Origin: Lama guanicoe
Taxonomy: Eukaryota
Length of the DNA: 64,000 bases
Assembly: GCA_013239625.1 (NCBI GenBank)
Contig: MU057354.1
Location: 28,239,880 to 28,303,879, forward strand
Direction: 5' to 3'
Shown: one piece after another, positions 36,335 to 49,550 of the stretch
Layout of the letters: each line of letters starts with the position of its first letter
Numbering within the stretch: position 1 is the first letter of the stretch
The notes under the pieces: generated by a model
The model's input: only the letters and a program-made list of their open reading frames with translations
Database searches by the model: none
What the model was told of the DNA's origin: nothing
Made by a program: the position numbers and the translations under genes

Positions 36335-38250
36335 CATCATTCATCCATCCCATCTGTCAATAAACAGTGATTTCTATTAACTAGGCTCTCTGTTAGGTAT
36401 CAGGAGCTCAGAGGCAACTTTAACTTTGTTATTGTCTTTGATGAACATATTATAGTTGAAGAACATACATGTGCAGGCAGACAGCACAGTAGCGTAGCTT
36501 GGGTGCTTTATGACACTTTGTACACACACAGTGGAGGAACAAATATGTGAGAAGTCAAATCTGTGTAAGCAGAAGGAAAGACTGCAGGAAGAAAAATTAA
36601 AAAGAATGAACTAAGCCTTAGAAAATGAAGGTGTGTTCTCTTGGGAAAGTGGAAGAACGGGTTCCCAAGCCTGAGAAAAGACAGGGAAGCAGCGCACGGG
36701 ATTTGGAAATGGGTGAGTGCATGTATGTTGGTGGGGGTGGGATGTGAAAGGAGGGGGAGGTGGAGTCATGAAATAAGACTGGATAAGTAGACGGAGCCAA
36801 AATTTGGAGAGCCTGTCCCAAAAGGGGAATTTATCAATTTAGGCAACAGAGAATCATCAAAGGTTTTTCATCAGAGGAAAATTATAGTTTACTTTTGTGT
36901 TTTATGTTTTATAAACTAGTTTCTAAGGTTGTTCAATGAGTTAGAGAAGGCAAGAGGAGGCAAAAAGATCTGGTAGCTTGTGATAATATCCCAGGGAAGG
37001 GAACAAGAGAGCCACAACTAGTGAAATTGAAGTATTAATGGAAAATGAGAGAAGAAAAGAATTTAAGAAATGAAAAACAAAAAAGAATTGGCAGGGCTTT
37101 ATGACTCACTGCATATAGGGAGCAGGTGGAGGATCGTGCTGGGCTAACAGCCAGGTTTTGGTTGAGGTACAGGGTGCCAACGGAAGATGAGTTAAAGATT
37201 TGGTGGTTTGGTGCAGCCACTATGGAAAACAGTATGGAGATTCCTCAAAAAACAAAAAATAGAATTACCATATGATCCAGCAATCCCACTCCTGGGCATA
37301 TATCTGGAGGGAACTCTAATTTGAAAAGATACATGCACTTCAATGTTCATAGCAGCACTATATACAATAGCCAAGACATGGAAACAGCCTAAATGTCCCT
37401 TGACAGAGGACTGGGTAAAAAAGTTGCGGTATGTTTATACAATGGAATATTCCTCAGCAATAAATAAGAATAAAATAATGCCATTTTTGCAGCAACATGG
37501 ACCTGGAGATTGTCACTCTAAGTGAAGTAAGCCAGGAAAAGAAAGAAAAATACCATATGATATAATTCATATGTGGAATCTAAAAACAAAGAAGAAAAAC
37601 AAACACTAATGAACTCATCTACAAAGCAGAAACAGACTCTCAGACACACAATCTTATGGTTACTAGGGGAAAAGGGATGGGAAGGGAAAACTTTGGGAGT
37701 TTGAGATTTGTAAATGTTAATCACTATATATAAAAATAGATTAAAAAATACATTTCTTCTGTATAGCACAGAGAACTATATTCAATACCTTGTAATAACC
37801 TTTAATGAAAAAGAATATGAAAATGAATATATGTACACACATGCATGACTGAGATATGCTGTACACCAGAAATTGACACATCATAACTGACTATACTTCA
37901 ACAACAACAACAAATTTTTTTTAAGATTTGGTGGAAAAAGAAAGGATGCCCAGTACATTGTATACATACGAGTTTGGAGTGCAAGAAAGACATTTTAGTT
38001 AGAAGTACCACTATTAATCACCAGGATGGAGTACATGAGATCACTGGGAGAATATGTACAGCAAAGAGACAGGAAGACAAAATATGAATCATGAGAGCAT
38101 ACCCACGTTTGAAGAATTAATGGGAAAAGAGGAGCCTGAGGTGGGAACAAAAGAGGAATGATCAGAGAGGTTAGAGCAAACTGGGGACTATTCTAACACA
38201 GAATGGTAGAATGGAGAGATACTGAAGAAAAATGGCATGACCAATACCAT
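36335..38250 (-). mobile_element. L2, split by the L1 at 37207-37922
   Basis: cattcatccatcccatctgtcaataaacagtg tail, with purine-rich L2 antisense sequence on both sides of the L1. Confidence 0.7.
37207..37922 (+). mobile_element. 5'-truncated camelid-type L1 with 12-bp TSD
   Basis: ORF2 end [19 protein letters not shown] plus 3'UTR. AAGATTTGGTGG at 37195-37206 and 37923-37934; TT/AAAG endonuclease-type site. Confidence 0.93.
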
Positions 38251-38269
38251 ATTAAACAAATTATTTTCA

Positions 38270-38385
38270 TTGTCTGTAAGGCCCTCAATAGAAGGGACAG
38301 TGACTTTTTAAACCCCTAACTATTCAGCATCTAACAAAATATCTGGCACATGGTAGGTACTTAGAATGCTCTTTGGATTAAATAT
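38270..38385 (+). mobile_element. L2 3' end
   Basis: cagcatctaacaaaatatctggcacatggtaggtactta. Confidence 0.6.
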
Positions 38386-39199
38386 AAAACATGCTTGCTG
38401 CAGAGAAGGAGTTGGGATACCATTCAAAATTTTCCTCTAAGGGCAACCTACCAATTAGTGAGTTCACAGGAACACCCTGAGCTGAAACAGTCATGGTGAT
38501 GCCATGATATTTGTATTTCTACCTTCTAATAAGTGGGAAAAACTGTTGTTGTCCACTGAGTATAATCGAGAAAGTTGTTCTTCTGGCCTAGAGGAGCATC
38601 TCTTATCTGCCAACCAGAAAAGAAAATACAGCTACAGAAAACAAGGGTGGAACAAAGAAGCAAGTGGTCAAAGACCTCCAAGAGTTTGGATCAACGTTGG
38701 TTCCAGTGAGACACACATAGAGCAGTCATTCCCAGAGTAATCGTGATCAGTGGTGGGCATTTTGCAGAGCATCTTACAGAGATGCTTCAATACGGCTGAT
38801 GAAAGTGTGAAAATGAACTTGGAGTATTTGTTGATTTATCAGTTAATACCTAGCAAGGGCCCTGATAGAATTACTGAGCATCTCAGGATAGATTTAAGTG
38901 GGACAAACGCAGCATGGAACCCTCAGAGAGGATCTGTACAATCTATATAAGAAGAGAAGAAGCTAGACACGGCCAGAAGCAGGGGAGACTCTTGGTTAAA
39001 GGTTTTCACTGACTCCTTCATTGGAGTATTAGCTTCTTTAACAAGGAAGCAAACTAATATGAGAAGCCTACTGTGGAAGAGATATCATTTACAATAGCTA
39101 ATTATGCTTGTGATCAATGAATAGCAGAATGTGAAGTCTCCTCATTCCACATCATGGGTTCAGTGTGTTCCAATCTTTTGGTTGTGAATCCCTCCCGGT

Positions 39200-39365
39200 A
39201 TATAGACAGATATAGACATACAAACATGATATAGAGATAGAGATACAGTTACAGATTCAAATATACTTATTTATAGGTATAGATATATAGATGCAAATGG
39301 AGATATATAGGAAGATGCATGTGAATACAGACACAGATACAGATAGGTCATAGGTATGGTTATGA
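39200..39365. repeat. Degenerate hexamer array, (ATAGAT/ATAGAC)n-like
   Basis: atagac agat atagac atacaa ... atagag atagag atacag ttacag; about 6-bp periodicity. Confidence 0.7.
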
Positions 39366-39504
39366 CTCTGGGGGTAGAAATAGCTGTTGGATTGGGTAGG
39401 TACCTCCTGACTATTGCAGGGCAGATTCCGGTGCCTAGGGCAATTAAAAACAGGCAAGCAGTGCTGTCAGAAAGTTTATTTCACATTATAAATATTTACA
39501 ACTA

Positions 39505-39695
39505 AAATGCAATGATTTCTGAGATTTATTCTGAAGCATTAAGGGAGGAAGAAGAGGTGGTGCGTAGGTCAAACAAGACTAGCTATGAGTTGATCCTCTT
39601 TGGAGCCAAGCAACTGGATCTATAAATGCTTATTTTACTAAACTGTCTGCTTTTGCACTTGTTGAAATGTTTTTTTCCACAACTGAAGGTTTTTA
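39505..39695 (+). mobile_element. L1MC4/L1ME-type 3' UTR end
   Basis: aaacaagactagctatgagttgat...ctgcttttgcacttgttgaaatg. Confidence 0.6.
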
Positions 39696-39989
39696 AACAG
39701 TGAAAGTTTACTTATGCCTCAGAGTGCTATGTATTAAAATAACTTTAATTAGATACTAAACTGCATGGTAGAGATTCTGAAGTCAGAAGATGTTCTGGGG
39801 TTGGGGGGTATCGAAGAGGGGATGGGACTGAAGCCAGATGCAGGAGGGTGGGTACAGTGTGGATAGTCAGAGTTGTTGAGAGGGCATTTTAAGCAAGGGA
39901 AAGTGATGGGGGAAGGAAAGAGGGACATGCCATTGAACAATAAAAATACCAGTTTATAAGAGTAACTGATGAATAATACAGATATTGAA

Positions 39990-40300
39990 TTAGGGAGATG
40001 GTTCTGAATTGTGAAAATCTTTGAGTGCTAAAAGGTCCAATTTGTATCTGCATAGTAAGAAAAAGGAACCCCAGACAGTTTTCAAAAGAAGAAATAATAT
40101 GAAGAAATGTATTTTAAAGAAGATTAAGCTAGTATAAGACAATGAAGAGTGAATAGACTAGTAACAGGAAGTCCTGCTAAAAGTCTTTTGGAAATTTCAG
40201 AGATGATGTGATAAAGACCTTCATGGTGCAGGGGTCATAAAAGGAACAGATGGATAAGAGAGAGGACTTGAAGGAAGAATTAAATGAGGTAGGCTGTCCA
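39990..40300 (-). mobile_element. L2 fragment
   Basis: ttttaaagaagattaagctag; cagagatgatgtgataaagacc. Confidence 0.5.
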
Positions 40301-43017
40301 GGGCTGAAGCAAAGGGATGCTCATAGTACCAAAGTAAAGAGAACATTGAAGATAAGTAAATCCAATTTTATTTATACTAAGATAACTTTGGCAAGAACTG
40401 GGAGTTGACTTAAGGTTTTAAAAGATGCCATGCTCAGATATTTTTAAAGATACACATCCATTTAATTTTTCCAAACTGATGTTTTAGAAAGCCTGATTTT
40501 CCTTCTCGCTCCATTTTCCTCCAAAAAGAAACATCTATAACCAATATTTTGAATGCATGCTGTATGTAGGCAAGCATTCTGAATAATGTAAAAGTAAGAA
40601 TGCAAGGACAGGGCCACACTATTAAAAGTTATAGTTTTCCTGTGTAGACAGGAAAAAAAATTTAATGCACATTATAACACACCCACACAATAAGTCAATA
40701 TTCATGAAACCACATTCTCTACTCATTTCATAAGAACGTACAGAATATCTCAATTGTCACTAAATGCAGCTGTGCATCTGAGTTTATTAAGATTGAGCAT
40801 AAAACCCAGCATAAAAATACCCAAGTGAATTTAGTTCAGTATATATGGAACTGAGAATATTTTATTCTAATAAGGAGCAGCTTAATGCAATTCAGAGTCT
40901 GAACAAACACAATCCTACGCAGAGGATAAAGTGTAAGAGTGACAAGATGCCAACACATTATGACAGCTACTTTGCCACCTGACCTGGAACACTTACGCAT
41001 TTTCTAAAAGTGCATAAAAAGCAAATTTCATCATTGCTTCCAGCACATCTCAACCTTACAGTTTTAGTTTTCATCACCCATAATCCCACAGGTTCTGGTA
41101 AAACATCAGACTGAAGTTCATTAGTTAACATTTTAAAAGGGCAGGATTTTAAGATGCTCCCCCAGGTGCCCTGATTCCAGCAATTTTGCTTCCTATGCCA
41201 AGTAGCAGACAAATCACTAGCCCTGAGAACAGCCAACACCACTGTTATTATCAACAATGAAATCCACTCCCAAATCGAACCAGTGCCAACCAACCACTCT
41301 GAAATGCTGACAGCATCACGGGGCTTTCCAACTGTGGGGACGTGGAAAGCAGCTGTGACTCCCCTCAATAAGTGCACATGGTAAGAAGTTAGACGGCTTC
41401 TGCTGAGAAGGATAGATACCAGTGGGAAAGCCACTAAGAACTGCCACAGATGCACCCAGTGGAATGTGCGGCATTTAGTTCCAGATATTAGTTACAAACT
41501 GATCTTTTCACCTCCTGCCTGCTCCTCTTCCTCCATTTTCTTTCTCAGATCATTGCATTGCAATGTACCCAATGGCCCAAGCTAGAAACCTCCAAATAGG
41601 CTTTTTTCTACATTCCCCAACCACCAAAGTCAGGAAAGCTCACGTCCACCTCCTTCTGCCTGGCCCCACTGCCACCCTGCCACCCTTCTTATTTCCCTCT
41701 GGACCATTCCTAGAGGTCTTAATTGGGCTTGTGTTTGGACATAATTAATTGCTTATATAGTATTCTAGCTTTAATAAATGATTAGATGACACATTAGAGA
41801 TTTGTTGCTAGAAGATTTAGAAACCATTAATTTACAAACTAGAAATAAAATTAGCAATCATTTTCATGTGGTGCTTAAACATGAATTCATTATTCATAGG
41901 GATGACATGAATTTTTTACTTAGACATTCCAAATATTCTAAAAAATGCTACTTTTTTTTTTTCAGAAAAACAGATACTGAGATACGTAAGTGGCTAAAGT
42001 AGGACTTAAAAATTCTGTCCTCCTGCTCTTTAGAGGTTGGTCAAGAATGTGTTTCCCAGATTCTTCACCCCTCCCCCAACTTGTAAATGTTGCAAATCTG
42101 AGTTCTTAAGAGACTATTTTTTAGAAAATAATGTATCATCTTTGATATTAAACTTCAACGTTGGTACAGGCAGTGGGCTATTTACTTTTCTGCCACTGAA
42201 CTCAATGCTTTGAGGAATTTAGTCACATCTAGACTATGAGTGACAGCTTTGAAGGGGGTTATATTGATTATTCTGTCCCTCTCCACCAAGGCCACTGTTA
42301 CCAGCCTTGTCAGGGGGCCAGGTCCATTGCTATGTGACAGTCACCTTGGAGACACAGTAAGAGTGGCTTCATCTGGTGCTCTTTTCTTTAGTTCCTCAAT
42401 TTGAAAGCCACTTACACTTGAATGTATTATTTAACATGGTGAAAAATGCATGCTCTTGCAGACTTTCAGAGCTCAAACAGGTTTAAAAAGCTTTAGAGAC
42501 CTTTCTAAAACTAAAATAACCCTGTGCCCTTGGAAGAACATGCATGGTGTCCATATCAGGATTAGCAGCACTGGGCCTGGATGAGTAAAAACAATTAAAT
42601 GAACAGTTTCATGAAGTTTAGTGATGTTATTCCCCCACTGCCCCTGCTCACTCAAGAAACTTAAAAAGGCTTCATATGTCATAAACCAATTATCCTCCAC
42701 TGATGCTTGAAAGAAGTACAAAATTGCTGTAGTCAGCCTCAGAGGTAGTGTTAAATCCTAAACACACAATAACCATGGCAAAGAGAAGTGAAATAACTTG
42801 ATCCAGCTTAAAGGACAAAGACTAAACTACAGTTGACCAGATGTCCAATTTCCTGACAAATGGAATAAACTGACCTTGCTGACTGAATCAGAGCTTGCCA
42901 ATTCAATTAGGTCATTTAAACAAGACCTAAAGAGTTTACATATCATTTTTTTTTATCATACTTTCTGAGCTATATAGACTTGAAGCACAGATGGGGAAGA
43001 AAGGAATTTGGACATTC

Positions 43018-43590
43018 TGTACTATGCCAGCTTAGCTAAGCTTGAAATACATTTCCTAAAATTCTCTTCTCTGTATGATTCTGGGTGATGGCTGACCACA
43101 GGGGAAATCTGTGAAAGGAGTGGACTCTAGAGGTGAATCAGGAGTCTGGCTTAGCTTGGCCAGTCAGTGTAGTGTCAGATGCTACCGCAGCTCATGTAGG
43201 TTGTTAACATGCTGGGTCACCATGCTGGCTTCTGTCTGATCTGCTCCCTGGGCTTCTCCAATGCCTGAGCCAGGTGCATTTTTAGGATTCTGAAAGAATG
43301 TCAGCCTCTCCTGCAGGTTACCTGCCTCATCTAAATTACAGGATAGGAGATGGTGACATTAACTCAATTTTCAGCTTATCCTTGTGGGTCCTAGCTTATC
43401 CTCCAGGATTATAACTTGTCCCGATTCTTGTCCACTTAACAGCCATCTCTCCTTTCCAAATCCCTGCTCACAGACATACATAAATTGTTTACCCAGCCCC
43501 TACCCTTGCACAATGTCAAGCCCTCTAATAAATCCCTTATTCTATCTCATTCCTGATGGTTTTGCTGCTCTGACCAAACCCTGAATGACA
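43018..43590 (+). mobile_element. ERVL solo LTR (LTR41-like)
   Basis: TG..CA ends; gctaagcttgaaatacatttcctaaaattctcttctctgtatg; aataaatcccttattc...ctctgaccaaaccctgaatgaca. Confidence 0.72.
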
Positions 43591-45169
43591 GAGAAGGTAT
43601 GTCAGGGCCTATAACAGGTGCGTTAATTGTCCAATTAAAACCACATGAAGCTTCATTTTTAAGTAAATTGGGGGAAAAAAATTGATGGAATTACCGAAGC
43701 CACGCAAGTGTCTGTGGCACCAAATTCAAGCTTTATACTATTTTCCCTGTGTCATTTAACTTGATGAAGGCTCCTTCTCCCCATCGAAGCACATTAAACA
43801 TCAATTTTAGGAGTGTTGATGACAGGGTAAAGAATGCAGAGCAAAGAGCTAGACTAGAATGATAGGGCCAGAGAGAAACTGGTTAGAACAGGATAGAGAT
43901 GAGAAGCAGATGGTCAAGGTAAAATTTAGGGTCAGGAAATTCGTTCTCAATCATTGGCTACTAAAGATTCTTAGTAAGATTTTCCAGGGAGATAAACCCT
44001 CACAACATGGAGGAAGCATTAAGATTGGTCAAGTGACACCCTGGGAAAGAACCAGAAGATGCCAAGTCCAGAGGGTAAGCAAATGCAGAAGGGCTTGAGT
44101 TCTGGAAACCAGGTGATCAAACATTTTATGAGCACCTACTTTATGTAAAGTAAGTTTAGATGCCATGTAATTCAAAGAACAGCGTAAAGTGAAAAAACAA
44201 ACTCATATCTGAAAACAAGATCTCAAGGATTGAAGGAGCAAGAAGGGCACTGGGCATTCAGAAGGACAAATTCAGGGAATGGTCTTTCTGCCTGGGGGTC
44301 TGGGCTTTTTGTTGAGTTAAGAAAGCTTCTCACTGGAGTTTGATCTAAGTCCAAGTCTGATCTTGCAATTTAGATTACAAGGGAGCAAGATGAAGATCTA
44401 GTCAGTCATGCAGACTCAAGCTTAGAGCCAGATTAGAGGCAAACCAGAATGCCTCATTATTGAACCATAAAGCATTTTCTTGAGATTCTGTCACTCTTGC
44501 TGGAATTCAGAGTTGGTCTCATCAGTGCTGTACACTGAGGTCAAGTGATTCCTGCAGCCAGAAAGAGCCAGAGAACCAGAAGAGGTGAGAAGCTGTGAGG
44601 CTTGAAAAATAAACTATATATGAATAGGTGTATAAACTACACATAAATCCTAAAACTCAAAATGTTGATTAAGTGACTTATCTGTAATATATATAAATAT
44701 ATTCCATATATATATTTGTATATATGATATATGAAGTACTTAATAGAGAGAGCTCATATACACTCTATTTATGTAAATAAGGTATGCTGACACCATTTTC
44801 ATGACCATTATATTTAATAGAGTAATATATATATATAACTATAAATATATATATGACTGTTTAATAGTTAACTGAAGTTTCTGAATTCAAAAGAATTATG
44901 TTTTTCCTAAACTGCTTACACAAGAGTAAAATAATTTTACAGCTATTATTTACACAAGTATTATTTTCCTCTTCTGTAATTATGGAGATCTGTTATCCCA
45001 CATTGTTATGTTTTTCCAGTTTCTCAAGCCTTTTTTTGTCACAAACATGTAGATAACCAATTTTACTAATTAAACTTGGCTTTGGGGTCCTAATACTTCT
45101 GAAATTCACAAAATAGGATTTTAAAGTTAATGAGTTCACAGATGTGTATCCTGCCACAACTCCCTCCTT

Positions 45170-45193
45170 ACACACACACACACACACACACAC
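45170..45193. repeat. (AC)12 microsatellite
   Basis: Read directly. Confidence 0.95.
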
Positions 45194-46055
45194 TTGAAAG
45201 AAGTACAAGAAGATTCTAACACAATTATCTGCTATTTATAGCCAGGAAGGAAATGGTGGAATATCACGCAGTTATGGCAGCTTTCTGGCTTTTTGGATTA
45301 TTAGATCCTGTGCTTAACAAAAACATTTTCTGTAAATACAGATCTTCAAGACTCAGCAAATAAAAACTCCCACTGTCAAGACATGATAAAGCTTACAAAA
45401 GAAGTCTGTTGGCTTTGGCCCCATTGTGATAATGATTCACTTTAATATCCTCTGTCTTGCTGAATTATTACACTTACTTTTATTTGCTCACTATGTCCTA
45501 ACCAGCAAGAAAGCTATTAACATAATATTCATGCATGTTCCTTTCTTTAGAGGTTCTATTTTCTGTTCCCCTTCACTGGAGATAACAGCTGTAAAATGAA
45601 TATTAGATCATTATACTTTCAATTATGTGTAATTTTAATGCATTTAATTTGGACCAGGAAAATCTGTCCTCTAGTTGAGCTATGAGCAAAGAGAAATTTC
45701 TGGGTCTCTTGGTCCTAAAGCTTGGTGTGCATTAGAGAATTGGGATCAGCTGATTCCTAAAGGAAACACAGGGCTAGATCACATCATGGTCAGTGTTATC
45801 TATTACCCTCAGGCTGGCTGTTAGATCAGACAGAACTATAGTTCTCACAGGGAGTTTCAGAAAGAAACATTTATAGTAAAAGCTCTGATCCCATGAAGAT
45901 CATTTATACTGCCGTCTGAAAGAGAGGTGTGTGGCCAAGAGGGGAGAAAGACAGGCTTCTACACACCAGAAAGTACTCACTTGACCCAGAGTGCTTCCAG
46001 TTATGTGGAAGGGCGTAGGGGATGCTCTTTGAGCTACTGGGAATCTCCTACAAGC

Positions 46056-46644
46056 CAATGGTACCAAGGCCAGTGTTGGGAGAGGTCTGTCCTGGTGCAG
46101 CAATGAGAAGATAAGGGGATCCTTTGACTCTACAGAATTGAAAAATAATAATAAAACCAACTAAAAGAAGGTCTACATTTTATTAGCACCATTGGTTGGC
46201 AATTCTTAACATCAGTGATAAATATATCTTTCAAAAACTATTTTGTGTTGTTTATCTAAATTCTAAACAAATTCCTACAGTTAGTGTTGAGTTATATATG
46301 TGTGTTTTATATATATATAAAATTAAATACATAATTTGTTTTTATTTGTGTTTGCAGCTTATGACAGTGAAAGTGTGAACTGTGAGTATAATATTTCTCT
46401 TTGTTAAGCACAAGTTTGGGTTACATAGGTAAAACATTTTACTGACTTTGAATAGTTTCTTTAAGTTAACTTTTATCTTTCACTTTTTAATTGTTCATTT
46501 TTGCTATAAAACTGAAGAAAGAATCTGAAAATGATGACTATTTTTGATTATTACATCTTTACCATAAATATTTTTGTCCTACAGAGGAAGAAGGTGTTAA
46601 AAAATGATCTGCTCTAGAAAGTAAACACTCTATGCACACCACTG
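46056..46644 (+). mobile_element. MER97-type (hAT-Tip100) DNA transposon, internally deleted
   Basis: caatggtaccaagg...aataataataaaaccaactaaaag; end gaaggtgttaaaaaatgatctgctc...cacaccactg. Confidence 0.8.
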
Positions 46645-47230
46645 TCTAAAATAAGCAAGGCTCTGAGCCTACAGTTTACACAGTGTGTCAGGCGCCCCTC
46701 ACTCCAGAGAAATAAAATTAAACCAACTTGGAAAGGGCCCTCAGAGGCACAGATGTGATCAGTTCTGCATATGCCATGAGTAAGTTATCATTTTTAGTAG
46801 TTAGTCTATCCCCAGTGCTCAATGGTTTGATTTGTGTATAGGGCAGATCTGAGACTTCTTAAAATAATAGTCTTCATTCCCTGCATTTCGGTGCAGGGAA
46901 CAAATTAGAACTACACAACTCCTAGAAGCTCTGGCTAGCTTTCTGTATTGAAGGCTGTTTGCATAGCTCCTTTGTGAAAACCATCCAGTGTGCTTCAAAG
47001 ATACTCTGAATCCAGGAAGAAAAGGTGGAGAGCTGCCGGCTTGCCGAAAGCCTTGTTTGAACACTGATTGTGGCGTACCAAGGGATCCAAATGATTTATG
47101 CATCTGTTATTTTCATCTCCATCTCTTTCATCACCAACTTAGCTTGATGTATGTTCATTTTTTTCTGGTATGGTAATATTTACTTAATAAATAATAGGAA
47201 CTAATCTTTGAAAATCAGCTATTTTCTTTT

Positions 47231-47741
47231 TTTTAAACATTTTTTATTGAGTAATAGTCATTTTACAATGTTGTGTCAAATTCGAGTGTAGAGCACAATT
47301 TTTCAGTTATACATGAACATACATATATTCATTGTCACATTTTTTTTTCTCTGTGAGCTACCACAAGACCTTGTATATATTTCCCTGTGCTATATAGTAT
47401 AATCTTGTTTATCTAGTCTACATTTTAAAATCCCAGTCTGTCTCTTCCCACCCCCTGCCCCCTTGGCAACCACAAGTTTGTATTCTATGTCTATGAGTCT
47501 GTTTCTGTTTTGTATTTATGTTTTTTTTTGTTTTATGTTTTAGATTCCACATATGAGTGATCTCATATGGTATTTTTCTTTCTCTTTCTGGCTTACTTCA
47601 CTTAGAATGACATTCTCCAGGGACATCCATGTTGCTGCAAATGGCATTATGTTGTTGGTTTTTAATGGCTGAATAGTATTCCATTGTATAAATATACCAC
47701 ATCTTCTTTATCCAGTCATCTGTCGATGGACATTTAAGCTG
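47231..47741 (-). mobile_element. Young camelid-type L1 3' end with long perfect TSD
   Basis: tgaaaatcagctattttct(ttt) at 47209-47230 and 47742-47763; tagtcattttacaatgttgtgtcaaattc...gtgagctaccacaagaccttg. Confidence 0.95.
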
Positions 47742-47831
47742 TGAAAATCAGCTATTTTCTTTTGCTAAAAATTAATCACCAGCCTTGAATAAGGAAATAA
47801 GGATGTTGGGCATACCTGCTACCCAAAGGAC

Positions 47832-47897
47832 ACGTAAGTAGAGCAAATGCAGGACGTAAGTAGAGCAAATGCAGGACGTAAGTAGAGCAAATGCAGG
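47832..47897. repeat. Minisatellite, 3 x 22 bp (ACGTAAGTAGAGCAAATGCAGG)
   Basis: Three identical units, read directly. Confidence 0.97.
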
Positions 47898-49339
47898 ATT
47901 TGGGAGTTTTTTGTTGTTGCTGTAGATTTATTTAAGGATAGGGAATCAGTAAATAGAGCCACTGTCAGTTCCCCCACAGACAAGCATGGCTACTAAGACA
48001 ATCCAAAAGCATTTCATTCTCTACTTCACATGTGTATTTGTATACAGCTGTGAGTGATACCCTAGGAAAAAAATAAAGTTAAACTGGAAGTCATGGTTAT
48101 AGCTGAGTAAAGCAAAGCTTTCGTTTACTTGTTCTTCTTTCATATTCTATGCTTTTAATCACCATGCTTTTACATATGAATACAGGAAGTGGAGAGATGA
48201 CTAAAAGGCGTCTTAAAAAGGATCTTTCTTCATGTCCCATCCAAAGTTCAGAAAGGGTTTCAAGTCTTGAGACAATATTTATAATCTCAAGTTTGAAGTC
48301 GCAAGACAATGTTTATAATAAATGCCATCCTTAACCCTCACTTTTTACTAATCAAATAAGTCAATAGGAGGTAAAGCAGTACATCAGCAAAGGTGACATA
48401 GCAAAGCCCTGGTGGATATTATGTCATGGAGATCATATTTTCAGATATTAAAAACACAGCAAGGAGAATGACACTTTTGACCCACAGTTAGCATATTCTT
48501 TAATAGTCGCTATTTTTAGAGTAATGTTTCTCTCCTGGTGACAACGGAAAGAGTTTCACATATTAATCTATCTTTAGACCAAATTTGGATAAACAATTCA
48601 ACTGAAACTTTGTTCGAGTTTCAACCTTGACACATTGAATCATCACATGAGTGAACACTGTCAGAAATTTTGAGATTACTTAAGATTTTTTCCCCTAGAA
48701 ATGCATTTCTCTATTTCTTCCCATCTCTTGACAGTGTACCAACTCAACAGGAGATGCATCCTACTAAGTTATATATGATTCCTTATAAAAGGCTAATGTC
48801 ATCAATACTAGTGGCATTTGCATGGCAAAAGGACAAATGCAGGGTTTATAGTTTATAATCCATTGCTTTCCTCTGAACAAGCTGAAATAATCCTTCACTC
48901 TGCTCCTCCTTTCCTCTCTTCTTACTGCCTTTCCTTGTCTTTGACCTCAGGTGCCTTCTGCCTGCTTCTTCATATACACACATAAAATATTGCACTTACT
49001 TTTAAGGCCCTCTGGTATTTCATAGCTGCCTCTAACATTCTTAACTCTATTTTCTCTTTCTTGAAGACTCATTACTTCAAGATAGCATATCTTGAACAAT
49101 TAGATTTTAGTAATAACTTACCTAGATTAAATGCAAAAATCATTAATATAACTAATATCCAAAGAAACTTCATCTATCTGATACTGAGAAAACAAACCTG
49201 TTAAAATAACTTTTAGTATTCAAAATGGAAAGTTTCTTTAAAGTAGGAAGTAAGCCTGGATTATTCTTTCCTCCTTATGAATAATTTGTTGACTATTTAT
49301 GAATATCCTTGAAGAGGATATAATAATGAATCTTAATCA

Positions 49340-49550
49340 GAGAGGTTGTGAAAGGCTCTGAAGTTAGACTGCTTGGGTCAAATTATGACTCTGTCATTGT
49401 TCTAGCTAGATAACCTTGGACACTTGACAACATCTCTATGCCTCAGTTTTTTCATCTGTGAAAGTAGAATAAAGTTGTTATAAACATTAAATGAGTTAAT
49501 GTTTGTCAATCTCCTAGACTAGCACTATACATACATATAAAGATTGCTTG
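49340..49550 (+). mobile_element. MIR SINE
   Basis: ggctctgaagttagactgcttgggtcaaa...tgcctcagttttttcatctgtgaaa...attaaatgagttaatg. Confidence 0.85.

Noticed and set aside
38500-39000. Possible processed pseudogene remnant
   Set aside because: Coding-like texture, but no recognisable parent protein, poly(A) or TSD.
40967-41455. 162-aa minus-strand ORF and an open antisense frame ending at GTAAGA
   Set aside because: No recognisable homology and no convincing acceptor.
47832-47897. CRISPR-like array
   Set aside because: Head-to-tail units with no spacers, in eukaryotic context with no cas genes.
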